The translations under genes and the position numbers were made by a program. This document shows, piece after piece, positions 16,940 through 25,304 of a DNA stretch of 32,000 nucleotides. Source of the stretch: an uncultured Alphaproteobacteria bacterium (GTDB taxonomy: Bacteria; Pseudomonadota; Alphaproteobacteria; Rs-D84); assembly GCA_963931495.1 (NCBI GenBank), contig OZ007020.1, forward strand, positions 120,001 through 152,000, given 5' to 3'. The notes beneath the pieces are model-generated. The model made no database searches and was not told the DNA's origin. It was given only the letters and a program-made list of their open reading frames with translations. Numbering within the stretch: position 1 is the first letter of the stretch; every line of letters begins with the position of its first letter.

Positions 16940-16971
16940 GGGACGCTGGCAATTGGCGTCCCTGTTTTTTT
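16940..16971 (+). terminator. Rho-independent terminator-like hairpin downstream of bamB and upstream of the tail-fibre-like gene
   Basis: The stem is GGGACGC (16940-46) paired with GCGTCCC (16956-62) around a 9-nt loop. TG and then T7 (16965-71) follow. Confidence 0.6.
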
Positions 16972-16997
16972 ATTCAACATTTAATCCAAAGGAACAT

Positions 16998-18008
16998 ATG
17001 ATGCACAAAGTAACATATATCGCCGATGGCGATACCAGTGAATTTATTTTTAATTTCCCATTCTTTCAACCAGATGATGTTAAAGCATCTGTTAATTTTG
17101 ATATTCAACCAAATACAACGTATACAATAATACCAAACGAACCACGCAGCGACGGCAAATACATCGGTGGAAAAATTGTTTTCAAATCTGTCCCAATTCA
17201 TGGCGCAGAAATAACAATATGGCGAAAAATAGAACTGGGGCGAACAATTGACTATCAACCAACACTGCCAATCAGTACAGATTCTTTGAACGCTGATTTT
17301 AATTTCTTGTTGGAATATTTGCGTGATATATACGAACTGGATAACAATGTTGCCAATATTGAAAACGGATTGCAATTTCTGGATTCTATTCAATCACAGA
17401 TTGATGCACTGGGCGATTTCTCGCAACTGGCAACCAAGGCAGAATTGGCACCAGTGGCATTCAGCAACGATTTTACGGACCTGGAAAATCCGCCATCAAT
17501 CCCCAATCCAGATGATTTTGCACCGGTTAACCACACACATAATGAATATGCAACGCATTCGGAAACAGATGAACTGAGTGAACGCATAGATACATTGGAA
17601 TCTGGCACGGGGTCATTACCACAAAACATGGATTATGTTGAATACTGGGACAGCGCAGACACAACAGACCACAGTCATGCAAAGCCCGGCGTGGCGACCC
17701 CAACCGACCACGGTTGGTATCGCGTATATAAATCTGGGTGGTGCGAACAAGGCGGACAAGTCACAGACACGCAATCTGCAACACAACATTTTACAAATGT
17801 CAATCTGCCGATATACATGGTTAATATTGCATATTATGCAACCGCCACAGACACCCGTGCGTCCGGCACAACAAACTATGCAATGCGTATTGTTGAACGT
17901 ACGGTAACAAAGATAAAAGTTTCTGGTACAATCCATACCGACAAGACATATTACAACAATTCTTGTCTGTGGTATGTTTGTGGAAATTCATTTATAATTC
18001 CAGAATAA
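16998..18008 (+). CDS. Phage tail-fibre-like protein (T7-type N-terminal domain, gp53-like C-terminal domain)
   Basis: The N-terminus KVTYIADGDTSEFIFNFPFF...EITIWRKIELGRTIDYQPTLPISTDSLNADFNFLLEYLRDI parallels T7 gp17 (VLTYQLDGSNRDFNIPFEY...[34 protein letters not shown]). A mid-region NHTHNEY motif is present. The C-terminus GWYRVYKSGWCEQGG...VNLPIYMVNIAYYATAT...CLWYVCG resembles the common tail-fibre tip domain (G.....SGL..QWG...V.FP.AF.......T...W.A.G). I prefer ATG 16998 after AAAGGA; the track start 16953 lies inside the terminator hairpin. Confidence 0.65.
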   Translation: MMHKVTYIADGDTSEFIFNFPFFQPDDVKASVNFDIQPNTTYTIIPNEPRSDGKYIGGKIVFKSVPIHGAEITIWRKIELGRTIDYQPTLPISTDSLNADFNFLLEYLRDIYELDNNVANIENGLQFLDSIQSQIDALGDFSQLATKAELAPVAFSNDFTDLENPPSIPNPDDFAPVNHTHNEYATHSETDELSERIDTLESGTGSLPQNMDYVEYWDSADTTDHSHAKPGVATPTDHGWYRVYKSGWCEQGGQVTDTQSATQHFTNVNLPIYMVNIAYYATATDTRASGTTNYAMRIVERTVTKIKVSGTIHTDKTYYNNSCLWYVCGNSFIIPE

Positions 18009-18036
18009 AAAAAGCCCAAATTGGGCTTTTTTTTTT
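18007..18036. terminator. Bidirectional Rho-independent terminator (tail-fibre-like gene / Yip1-like gene)
   Basis: AAAAAAAGCCCA-AAT-TGGGCTTTTTTTTTT: a short GC stem extended by A/T-run pairing. Confidence 0.7.
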
Positions 18037-18038
18037 AC

Positions 18039-18632
18039 TTATAACAAGCACGATAACGTTGCACTGGAATTCTTTAACATAAACCATCCAATACGATAAT
18101 CTGTGGCATATACGGTTATCAAGAACAATGCCAAAATACAGATAACAACAATCACATTACTGCGCTTGCCACGCATGCAATACAACGCAATATTATAAAA
18201 CAAGAACAGTACATACGCATCAACCAATAAACTGATTATCCATATTGACACACAATTAAACGCCAACGAATTTAATACCAATACCACAGGATATATAAAG
18301 AATACAGATGCCAATCCCTTGACCGCAATTTCCCAATCACGTTCACCACCGGTAATTTCAGACACCAACATCAATAATCCACCCATTACAAATAACAATG
18401 CAACGGCCAATACCGGAACAATTATTATCGCAGTAAATACCGCGCCAATTGTAATTGTGGCACCGCCAATCAAGCGCAACAATAATACCAAGCATCCACC
18501 CACTAAACCATATATGAATGCCTTTAACATTGCTTCTTCCATATTGCCATCCGCAACAATTTTTGTGAAATAGCGTTTCGGATTTATCAACAAGTCTTTC
18601 AAACGCTTTAACCCGTTTTTTAATTTTTTCAT
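18039..18632 (-). CDS. Yip1-domain polytopic membrane protein
   Basis: The N-terminus is LINPKRYFTKI. Five predicted hydrophobic helices follow. Size and topology are typical of the Yip1/DUF1282 family. No other homology is visible. Confidence 0.6.
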   Translation of the reverse strand: MKKLKNGLKRLKDLLINPKRYFTKIVADGNMEEAMLKAFIYGLVGGCLVLLLRLIGGATITIGAVFTAIIIVPVLAVALLFVMGGLLMLVSEITGGERDWEIAVKGLASVFFIYPVVLVLNSLAFNCVSIWIISLLVDAYVLFLFYNIALYCMRGKRSNVIVVICILALFLITVYATDYRIGWFMLKNSSATLSCLL

Positions 18633-18685
18633 TTCATACCCCTATTTGATTATTTATATTTTTGCTTTATAATACAAAAAAATCA

Positions 18686-20029
18686 ATGGAAAAAGTAATG
18701 ATAAAAATTGCAATCGCAGGACGTCCAAATACTGGCAAGTCCACACTGTTTAATAATCTGACTGGGACACGGGACGCGTTGGTACACGATCGCCCCGGCG
18801 TAACACGCGACACAATTGGCGGGACCATCAAAAATCGCGATATCCAGATTTTTGATACCGCCGGTCTGGAAAGCACAAAAACAGAAATCGCAACAAATTC
18901 AACCACAATGGCACTGGATACTGTTGCATCGGCTGATGCGATTTTATTTGTTGTTGACGGACGCGTCGGATTAACACCCGCCGATACAGAATGGGCCCGC
19001 ATGATTCGGCGAAAAACACGGGCACCAGTAATGCTGTTGGTGAACAAGGCAGAATCTGGTAAAAAATTGGCCGATGTGCACGATTTTTATAAACTGGGGT
19101 TCGGTGAACCTGTATTAATTTCGGCGGAACACAAAATCGGATTTGACCAGATATTTGATTTCATAGATAAAATCGCCCCAGACGCGTTAAATAACGCACC
19201 TGTGCATGATGCACCCCAAAAATTAAAAGTCGCAATTATGGGGCAACCAAACGTTGGTAAATCTACGTTGGTTAATCGGATATTGGGGCAAAACAGACAA
19301 ATCGTTATGGATATGCCCGGCGTAACGCGCGATACTGTAAAAATACCGGCAAATTTTTATGGGCGCGATATCATACTGATGGATACGGCGGGGCTGCGGC
19401 GCAAATCTGGGGTGCGGGACGATGTTGAAACACTGTCTGCGTTAAAATCATTGGATGCAATTGAAAAATCTGATGTCGTTATATTGGTTGTTGACGCAAC
19501 CAAAAACATTGAAAACCAGGCACTTGGCATTGCATCACGTGTATATGATGCCGGCAAGATTTTGTGTGTTGCATTAAACAAATGGGACCTGGTTGCGCCA
19601 GAAATTCGTGACGAAAAACTGTTAAAACTGAAACACCAATTTACGAATTCGTTTCACCAGATAATTAAACCAATGATACTGGCAATATCTGCCGAACATG
19701 GCACTGGGGTTAAAAATATGTTCCGCCGCATATACGAACAGTGGGATATATCAAATACAGATGCCCCAACCAGTTTGATAAATCGTATTATTGAAAAACT
19801 GATTGATGCACGCCAACCGCCAATGTCGCGATTAAAGCGACCGATGAAAATAAAATTCGCCCGACAAACAGGTCGCCATCCAATGCGGATAACGATAAAT
19901 GTTGGTGGCGCATCAGACATTCCTGAATCATATACGCGGTATTTACGTCGCGGATTGGCGGGTGAATTAAAATGGGAACATTTGCCAATTATTATTGAAT
20001 ATAAAAAAGACGAAAATCCGTTTGATTAA
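18686..20029 (+). CDS. der: Ribosome-biogenesis GTPase Der (EngA), double GTPase domain + KH-like domain
   Basis: The two G domains begin with G1 motifs GRPNTGKSTLFN and GQPNVGKSTLVN, and have DTAG and NKAE/NKWD motifs. The start is ATG 18686 or 18698; the track start 18662 is a TTG inside a TATAAT box. Confidence 0.93.
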   Translation: MEKVMIKIAIAGRPNTGKSTLFNNLTGTRDALVHDRPGVTRDTIGGTIKNRDIQIFDTAGLESTKTEIATNSTTMALDTVASADAILFVVDGRVGLTPADTEWARMIRRKTRAPVMLLVNKAESGKKLADVHDFYKLGFGEPVLISAEHKIGFDQIFDFIDKIAPDALNNAPVHDAPQKLKVAIMGQPNVGKSTLVNRILGQNRQIVMDMPGVTRDTVKIPANFYGRDIILMDTAGLRRKSGVRDDVETLSALKSLDAIEKSDVVILVVDATKNIENQALGIASRVYDAGKILCVALNKWDLVAPEIRDEKLLKLKHQFTNSFHQIIKPMILAISAEHGTGVKNMFRRIYEQWDISNTDAPTSLINRIIEKLIDARQPPMSRLKRPMKIKFARQTGRHPMRITINVGGASDIPESYTRYLRRGLAGELKWEHLPIIIEYKKDENPFD

Positions 20030-20049
20030 TATAATTACAACATGCAATC

Positions 20050-20083
20050 AAAAAACGGCATATTAACATGCCGTTTTTTTTTT
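20050..20083. terminator. Bidirectional Rho-independent terminator (der / infB)
   Basis: AAAAAACGGCAT-ATTAAC-ATGCCGTTTTTTTTTT. Confidence 0.8.
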
Positions 20084-20098
20084 ACCGAATGCCCAGAA

Positions 20099-22483
20099 TT
20101 ACAACGTGGCGCGAATTTCTTGAACTTCATAACATTCAACGCGGTCGCCTTCCTTTAAATCATTATATTTATCAAAAGACATACCAAATTCAACGCCGGC
20201 CCCAGATACTTCTTTGACTTCGTTCTTTTCACGACGCAGTTCACCAATTTTACCGTCATAGATAACAACGTTATTACGTAACAGGCGCACAAAGGCATCC
20301 TTTTTTATTACGCCTTCGCTGACCCGACAACCGGCAACACGTGTGCCCTTGCCAACCGTGAACAGCGCGATAACATCGGCATATCCGATAAAGTTTTCTT
20401 TTCTTTCTGGGGCCAATTTACCCGCCAAGATTTCTTTGATTTCGTCTGTGATACGATATACAACACTGTGATAGCGAATATCAACCCCAGATGCACGCGC
20501 CATATCGCGGACCATCGCATCCGCACGAACATTAAACGCAATAATCACCGCCCCAGATGCCGATGCCAGACGGATATCACCTTCGGTAATCTGGCCAACA
20601 CCCGCGGACAATATATCAACACCAACCTTGTCCGTGTTGATTCCGCGCAACATATCGGTAATTGCTTCTACACTGCCCTGGACATCGGCACGCAAAACAA
20701 TCGGCAGAACCATTTTTTTATTTTCATCACGTTTGGCAAACAATTCCTGTAACGAAGAACGCTTTACGGCATTTGCCTTGTCGCGCGCCAATTGTTTACG
20801 ATATTCGGCAACTTCACGCGCGTGGGCATCTGTATCCATAACACGCATTTCATCCCCAGAATTCGGCACAGATTCCAGCCCCAGCACCACGGCCGGTTGC
20901 CCCGGTTTTACAGACTTTACACGTTCGCCAAATGAATTAATCAGTCCACGCACGCGTCCAACGGTTTCGCCGACAACAAAAACATCCCCAATTTTTAATG
21001 TTCCTTGGCGTACCAATATTGTTGCCGTTGCCCCCAATCCGCGTTCCATTTTTGCTTCTACGACATATGCCGCCGCCGGCATATCCGGATCCGCTTTCAG
21101 GTCCATTATTCCGGCCTGTAACAAAATGGCGTCTTCCAGTTTATCCAATCCGATATGTTTTGTTGCCGAAATTTCAACACATTGAACATCACCGCCCATT
21201 TCTTCAACCTGGACTTCTTGTTGTAGCAAATCTGTTTTTACACGGTCTGGATTTGCGTCTGGCAAGTCAATCTTGTTAATCGCGACAATAAACGGAACAT
21301 TGGCCGCACGAATATGATTAATCGCCTCAATAGTTTGTGGCATGATTGAATCATTTGCCGCAACCACCAAAACAACAATATCTGCGATTTGCGCGCCACG
21401 TGCACGCATTGCGGTAAATGTTTCGTGACCTGGCGTATCTAAAAACGTTATCATTTCACCAGATTTCGTTTTAACTTCGTACGCAGAAATATGCTGGGTT
21501 ATTCCACCTGCTTCGCGGGCCGCGACATTTGCATGACGGAATGCATCCAACAGCGATGTTTTTCCGTGGTCAACATGTCCAACAACCGTCACAACCGGTG
21601 GACGCGATTGCAAGTTTTCTGGGTTTGGTTGACGTTCCAGTTGGTCTGCATGCGGTTTTACAACAACACGTTTTACCTTGGCCCCAAATTCGCCCGCGAT
21701 CAATTCAGCCGTATCGGCATCTATGGTCTGGTTTTGGGACGCCATCATCCCCATTTCCATCAATTTTTTGATAACGTTACCAACCTTTTCCGCCATGGCG
21801 GCCGCCAAGTCTTTGACAGTGATCGTATCACCCAATGTGACAACGTGTTCAACCTTTTGCGGTGCGGTAAATATCGCACGCGCTTTTTCCCGGAAACGTT
21901 TCAGTGATGCTTCGGACCGGCGACGATTTGCCCCACGCAGTCCAATTTCATCGTCGTCATCATCGCCACCAATAACAATATCGTGCAATGATATTTTTCC
22001 GGTCTTTTTGAAATCTTTCTTGGTTCCGGCAAACTTTGATGGGCGAAAATCATCATCTTCGCGTGCATGTCTGTTATGTGACGTATCAGAATGCTGCTTT
22101 TTCTGCGATGGCGCACTGCGTTCAGGAACATCGGCGGCAACAGATTCAACAGCGCTGGCACTTTCACGCGCGGCCAGTTGTTCTTTGACCTGTTCGTATT
22201 CACGTGTTTCGCGTTCAATTTCGGCGGCACGCGCGGCACGTTGCGCTTCTTCTTCGGCAGCACGTTTTTTGCGTTCTTCTTCGCGTGCACGGGCCGCCGC
22301 CAATACAGCGCGCAATTTTTCATCCGCGGCACTGTGTGGGGCGGTTGGCGCGTTTGGTTCTTCGCGCAATTCTTTGCTGCCGGGGGCAACAACGCGGCGG
22401 CGGCGTTCAACGAACACCGCATCGCCCTTTTTGCTTGCCACCTGATCAATTGTTACAGATTTTCCAAGTGTCAATGTCGCCAT
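20099..22483 (-). CDS. infB: Translation initiation factor IF-2
   Basis: The G domain reads [25 protein letters not shown] and NKID. An Ala/Arg/Glu-rich N-terminal region and a conserved C-terminal domain are present. I prefer ATG 22483 (GGAG 8 nt upstream) over the GTG at 22492. Confidence 0.95.
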   Translation of the reverse strand: MATLTLGKSVTIDQVASKKGDAVFVERRRRVVAPGSKELREEPNAPTAPHSAADEKLRAVLAAARAREEERKKRAAEEEAQRAARAAEIERETREYEQVKEQLAARESASAVESVAADVPERSAPSQKKQHSDTSHNRHAREDDDFRPSKFAGTKKDFKKTGKISLHDIVIGGDDDDDEIGLRGANRRRSEASLKRFREKARAIFTAPQKVEHVVTLGDTITVKDLAAAMAEKVGNVIKKLMEMGMMASQNQTIDADTAELIAGEFGAKVKRVVVKPHADQLERQPNPENLQSRPPVVTVVGHVDHGKTSLLDAFRHANVAAREAGGITQHISAYEVKTKSGEMITFLDTPGHETFTAMRARGAQIADIVVLVVAANDSIMPQTIEAINHIRAANVPFIVAINKIDLPDANPDRVKTDLLQQEVQVEEMGGDVQCVEISATKHIGLDKLEDAILLQAGIMDLKADPDMPAAAYVVEAKMERGLGATATILVRQGTLKIGDVFVVGETVGRVRGLINSFGERVKSVKPGQPAVVLGLESVPNSGDEMRVMDTDAHAREVAEYRKQLARDKANAVKRSSLQELFAKRDENKKMVLPIVLRADVQGSVEAITDMLRGINTDKVGVDILSAGVGQITEGDIRLASASGAVIIAFNVRADAMVRDMARASGVDIRYHSVVYRITDEIKEILAGKLAPERKENFIGYADVIALFTVGKGTRVAGCRVSEGVIKKDAFVRLLRNNVVIYDGKIGELRREKNEVKEVSGAGVEFGMSFDKYNDLKEGDRVECYEVQEIRATL

Positions 22484-22503
22484 AAAGTTCACTCCATACG
22501 TGT

Positions 22504-24042
22504 TTATTCTTCGCCCTGGGTTATTCCGTACGCCAGTTCGCGCGCCTTCATAATCACACGACCGGCCAGACGCGGACTCATCGTATCTTCGCCCAAGATT
22601 TCAATTAATTCGTCTGTTGATAAATCAGCCAAATCATCCAAAGACTTTATTCCTGCGTTACCCAATTGCATTATAACCGGACGTTTGATAAAGTCAAAGT
22701 TCAACAAGTCATCTTGCATCCCCAGTTTATGGCCGTTATCTTTGTATTCTTGTTCTTGCTTTTCCAAATATGCCTTGGCACGATTTTGCAATTCAGCGGC
22801 CAATTCAGGGTTAAAGCCTTCTATGCTTTCCAGTTCACCGACATCAACAAAAGCGATTTCTTCAATCGTTCTGAACCCTTCGGTAATCAACAGATGTGCC
22901 AGCATTTCATCAACATCCAATCCAGCAATAAACAGTTCTGTTTTTTCTTTGACTTCTTTGGCACGACGTTCTTGTTCTTCGGTTTCGTTCATGACGTCAA
23001 TGTTCCATCCGGTCAATTGTGATGCCAAGCGAACATTTTGGCCACGGCGCCCGATTGCCAAAGACTGTTGATCTTCGTTCACAACAACCGCCGCACTGCG
23101 CGTATCTTCGTCAACGATAATCTTGGCAACCTTGGCCGGCTGCATTGCGTTAACAATGAATACGGCCGGATCTTCGGAATATAAAATCACGTCAATTTTT
23201 TCGCCGTGACATTCATTGATAACCGGTTGGATACGTGTTCCCTTGATACCAACCGTCATACCAACCGCATCAATTGATGGATCCTGGGTTTCAACGGCAA
23301 TCTTTGCATGGCTGCCGGGGGCACGTGCCACAGATTTAATTTTAATAACACCTTCGTATATTTCTGGCACTTCTTGGACAAACAACTTTTCCATAAACAT
23401 CGGATGCGTGCGCGTCAAGAAAATCTGGGGACCCGAATTACTGCGTGCAACGTCCATAATCAGCGCACGTACACGATCCCCAACCGCCAAACGTTCCCCA
23501 GGAATTAATTCTGTATTTTTAATATAACCTTCGGCTTTACCATTTATGTCAACAAAAACGTTTCCAAATTCAATACGTTTTACAACACCACTGACAATGT
23601 CCCCAATATTGTCTTTGAATTCTTCGTATTGGCGGCCCTTTTCAGCATCACGAACGCGTGCCGTCATTATTTGACGCGCGGTTTGAAATGCCATGCGCCC
23701 AAATTCAGGTTCCGGCAACGCATCTTCAACCACATCACCAACCTGGGGATTTGGGGCATATTTTTTTGCCGCATCCACCGTCAACATCGTGTTTGCATCA
23801 TATTCTTCACCCTTGGCCGCCGGTGATTCAATCACTTCAAACAAACGCTTTACATGTATTGCCCCATTTTTACGGTCAATTTCGGCCGTAATATTGAATT
23901 CTTCGCCATATTTATGTTTAGCGATTTTTGCAATTGCCGCTTCCAGTGATTCAAAAACGATTTCACGGTCAATCTGCTTTTCTTGGGCCAATGAATCTAT
24001 TGCCAATAATAAATCCTGGCGGGGCATAGAAACAAAAGACAT
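22504..24042 (-). CDS. nusA: Transcription termination/antitermination factor NusA
   Basis: The N-terminal domain, S1 domain (GDIVSGVVKRIEFGNVFVDI), KH1/KH2 (IGRRGQNVRLASQLTGWNIDV) and C-terminal HhH repeats are present. AAAGGAGA precedes the ATG. Confidence 0.95.
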   Translation of the reverse strand: MSFVSMPRQDLLLAIDSLAQEKQIDREIVFESLEAAIAKIAKHKYGEEFNITAEIDRKNGAIHVKRLFEVIESPAAKGEEYDANTMLTVDAAKKYAPNPQVGDVVEDALPEPEFGRMAFQTARQIMTARVRDAEKGRQYEEFKDNIGDIVSGVVKRIEFGNVFVDINGKAEGYIKNTELIPGERLAVGDRVRALIMDVARSNSGPQIFLTRTHPMFMEKLFVQEVPEIYEGVIKIKSVARAPGSHAKIAVETQDPSIDAVGMTVGIKGTRIQPVINECHGEKIDVILYSEDPAVFIVNAMQPAKVAKIIVDEDTRSAAVVVNEDQQSLAIGRRGQNVRLASQLTGWNIDVMNETEEQERRAKEVKEKTELFIAGLDVDEMLAHLLITEGFRTIEEIAFVDVGELESIEGFNPELAAELQNRAKAYLEKQEQEYKDNGHKLGMQDDLLNFDFIKRPVIMQLGNAGIKSLDDLADLSTDELIEILGEDTMSPRLAGRVIMKARELAYGITQGEE

Positions 24043-24076
24043 TCGTTTTCTCCTTTGATTTATATGTCTCTATTGA

Positions 24077-24104
24077 AAGGGCGGGGTTTTTCAACCCCGC
24101 CCTT
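24077..24104 (-). promoter_or_regulatory. Perfect 12-bp hairpin in the predicted nusA 5' leader (possible attenuator)
   Basis: AAGGGCGGGGTT-TTTC-AACCCCGCCCTT. On the nusA strand, A7-G-T7 precedes it and only a short U tract (TTTCAAT) follows. It lies 35-62 nt upstream of the nusA ATG. Confidence 0.4.
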
Positions 24105-24131
24105 AAAAAAACTTTTTTTAAGAACACATGT

Positions 24132-24159
24132 ATTATACAGGCGAATCGTACAAATGCAA
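24132..24159 (-). promoter_or_regulatory. Putative sigma70-type promoter of nusA-infB
   Basis: On the minus strand: TTGCAT (complement of 24154-24159), a 16-nt spacer, then TATAAT (complement of 24132-24137). Confidence 0.45.
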
Positions 24160-24209
24160 GAAAAATCTGATTTTTATTACGAATTCAGACAAAAAAGCAC
24201 TAAATATAT

Positions 24210-24238
24210 TTGACGGTATTGATTTTGGGCTTTATACT
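24210..24238 (+). promoter_or_regulatory. Putative sigma70-type promoter of the lptF/G-lptD-surA-rlmN block
   Basis: TTGACG (24210-15), a 17-nt spacer, then TATACT (24233-38). The ATG at 24246 is 7 nt after the -10 and has no Shine-Dalgarno. Confidence 0.45.
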
Positions 24239-24245
24239 GGAAATT

Positions 24246-25304
24246 ATGAAAATATTAGACAGGTATTTTACGCGTCAACTGGTCGCGATTTTTGTGATGC
24301 TGTTGCTGGTGCTGACCGGACTGGCATGGATGATGCAAATTTTGTCCATGATGAAATTTTTATTAAATTACGGCATAGAAATAACCAGTTTCTTGGGATT
24401 GACCGTTTTAATGGTGCCGTTTATTGCGTCTATTATCATACCATTTGTTACATTTATCGCCGTGATGTTTGTGTATAACAAACTGATATCCGATAACGAA
24501 ATCACCGTCATGGCGTCATCTGGGTTGTCGCCGCGTCAAATTGCCCAGCCGGCGTTGTCATTGGCCGTTGTACTGACGATTGTGCACCTGGTATTAAATT
24601 TATGGATTGTCCCGGCATCCCAGGCACAATTTTACAGTACACAGTGGAACTTGCGTTATGGGTTGGCACATCTGAAATTACAAGAATCCGCATTTACCAA
24701 GATTTCAGACGGTCTGGTCGTGTATGTTGATAAAGTATCTGGGCATGATTTATCGCAAGTAATGCTGTCTGATATGCGGGATGAAAAATCCCCAATTACT
24801 ATCTTTGCTGAAAAAGGTAAACTGGTATCAACGACGCGTGGGCTGTCTATTGTCATGTCAAATGGATTGTTACAGGTCAGTGGCGATACATTAACCACAG
24901 GCACATTTGAAACATTTGATATGGACTTGAACGTTGCAAGCAAAGAAGGTGAAACGTCATTTCGTGTGCGCCGGGTGCCAACAATGGAATTATTAAAAAC
25001 AGTTCTGAATTCATCATCTGAACCCCAGCATCAGATGGTTTTAGCAGAATTATCCAGTCGCTTTTTGGGTCCAATTATGAATCTGTTGTTGGCGGCATTA
25101 TGCACGGTTATATTATTGCGCACGTCTTTGTTGCGTCGCAGAACCAGTTTTGCGCCAATTATTGCCGTCGCAGCAATGGCCGTCGCAATGTCGTTGTTTA
25201 TGTCTTTGTCCAGTATGATTGATTCTGTAACAGAATTTTTCGTGCTGGCGGGTGTATTGTTTGTAACACTGGGGATTATTTTATTTACGTTGTTCAAAAA
25301 GTAA
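24246..25304 (+). CDS. LptF/LptG-family LPS export permease
   Basis: The N-terminus is MKILDRYFTRQLVAIFVMLLLVL, typical of LptF/G. It has three N-terminal TM helices, a periplasmic beta-jellyroll-sized segment and three C-terminal TM helices. I cannot assign F versus G by eye. Confidence 0.85.
   Translation: MKILDRYFTRQLVAIFVMLLLVLTGLAWMMQILSMMKFLLNYGIEITSFLGLTVLMVPFIASIIIPFVTFIAVMFVYNKLISDNEITVMASSGLSPRQIAQPALSLAVVLTIVHLVLNLWIVPASQAQFYSTQWNLRYGLAHLKLQESAFTKISDGLVVYVDKVSGHDLSQVMLSDMRDEKSPITIFAEKGKLVSTTRGLSIVMSNGLLQVSGDTLTTGTFETFDMDLNVASKEGETSFRVRRVPTMELLKTVLNSSSEPQHQMVLAELSSRFLGPIMNLLLAALCTVILLRTSLLRRRTSFAPIIAVAAMAVAMSLFMSLSSMIDSVTEFFVLAGVLFVTLGIILFTLFKK

Noticed and set aside
21678-23071. 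Long plus-strand ORFs (255 aa at 21678..22445 and 326 aa at 22091..23071) opposite infB and nusA.
   Set aside because: The minus strand encodes unmistakable IF-2 and NusA. The plus-strand translations are low-complexity (Ser/Arg/Ala/Phe-rich) mirror images of the Ala/Arg/Glu-rich IF-2 N-terminus, and they have no ribosome-binding site. These are shadow ORFs.
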